Shown one piece after another: positions 63,856-64,000 of a stretch of DNA of 64,000 nucleotides. The notes below the pieces were generated by a model. The model did not search any database. It was not told where the DNA came from and saw only the letters and a program-made list of their open reading frames with translations. The stretch covers positions 69,316,001 to 69,380,000 of the forward strand of contig OZ024744.1 in assembly GCA_964016885.1 (NCBI GenBank). Reading direction: 5' to 3'. The DNA is from Eledone cirrhosa (taxonomy: Eukaryota). Every line of letters begins with the position of its first letter. The first letter of the stretch is position 1. Made by a program: the position numbers and the translations under genes.

Positions 63856-64000
63856 AGTTTTGTGTTGATCTAAGTTTTAAAGGTCTACAGGAAGTGTGGG
63901 GGGGGGGGGGGGGGGGCAGAAGTGGTTGGAGCGCTACAAAAAGTCAATTGAAGTTATAGGATCCTAATTTGAGGAAGACTGGAGTTTTGTGTTGATCTAA
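63791..64000 (+). repeat. Duplicated ~83-bp mariner 3' segment separated by a poly-G run
   Basis: AGAAGTGGTTG...GTTTTGTGTTGATCTAA at 63791-63873 and 63918-64000. Confidence 0.85.

Overview
Eukaryotic, gene-free, repeat-dominated window. The SINE families and microsatellite load suggest a cephalopod (octopus-like) genome; this is inference, not a database result. Bases 1-~39457 are one satellite array of a 16-bp monomer (GACATACACTGACAYA, about 2,450-2,500 units) that continues past the left edge. It has nested higher-order structure: 16 bp, ~362 bp, ~2-2.8 kb, ~8.3-10 kb, including a near-identical 8,858-bp tandem duplication. All Cys/Val/Ser/Met/Tyr ORFs there are repeat artefacts. The remaining ~24.5 kb is a transposon graveyard: three copies of an R4/Dong-like non-LTR element (RT plus restriction-like endonuclease), a Penelope-like RT remnant, a Chapaev3 element with intact ends and TTA target duplication, three related Helitrons (one with a broken RepHel gene), a mariner pseudogene, tRNA-derived SINEs and long microsatellites. 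I found no intact host gene and cannot confirm a new system. Best leads: the hierarchical satellite whose odd-length indels are compensated (possible centromere-like domain), several degenerate hammerhead-ribozyme-like cores in short (TA)n-flanked elements, a possibly (CATA)n-targeting R4 element, and a 95-nt hairpin. All alignments and folds were done by eye.
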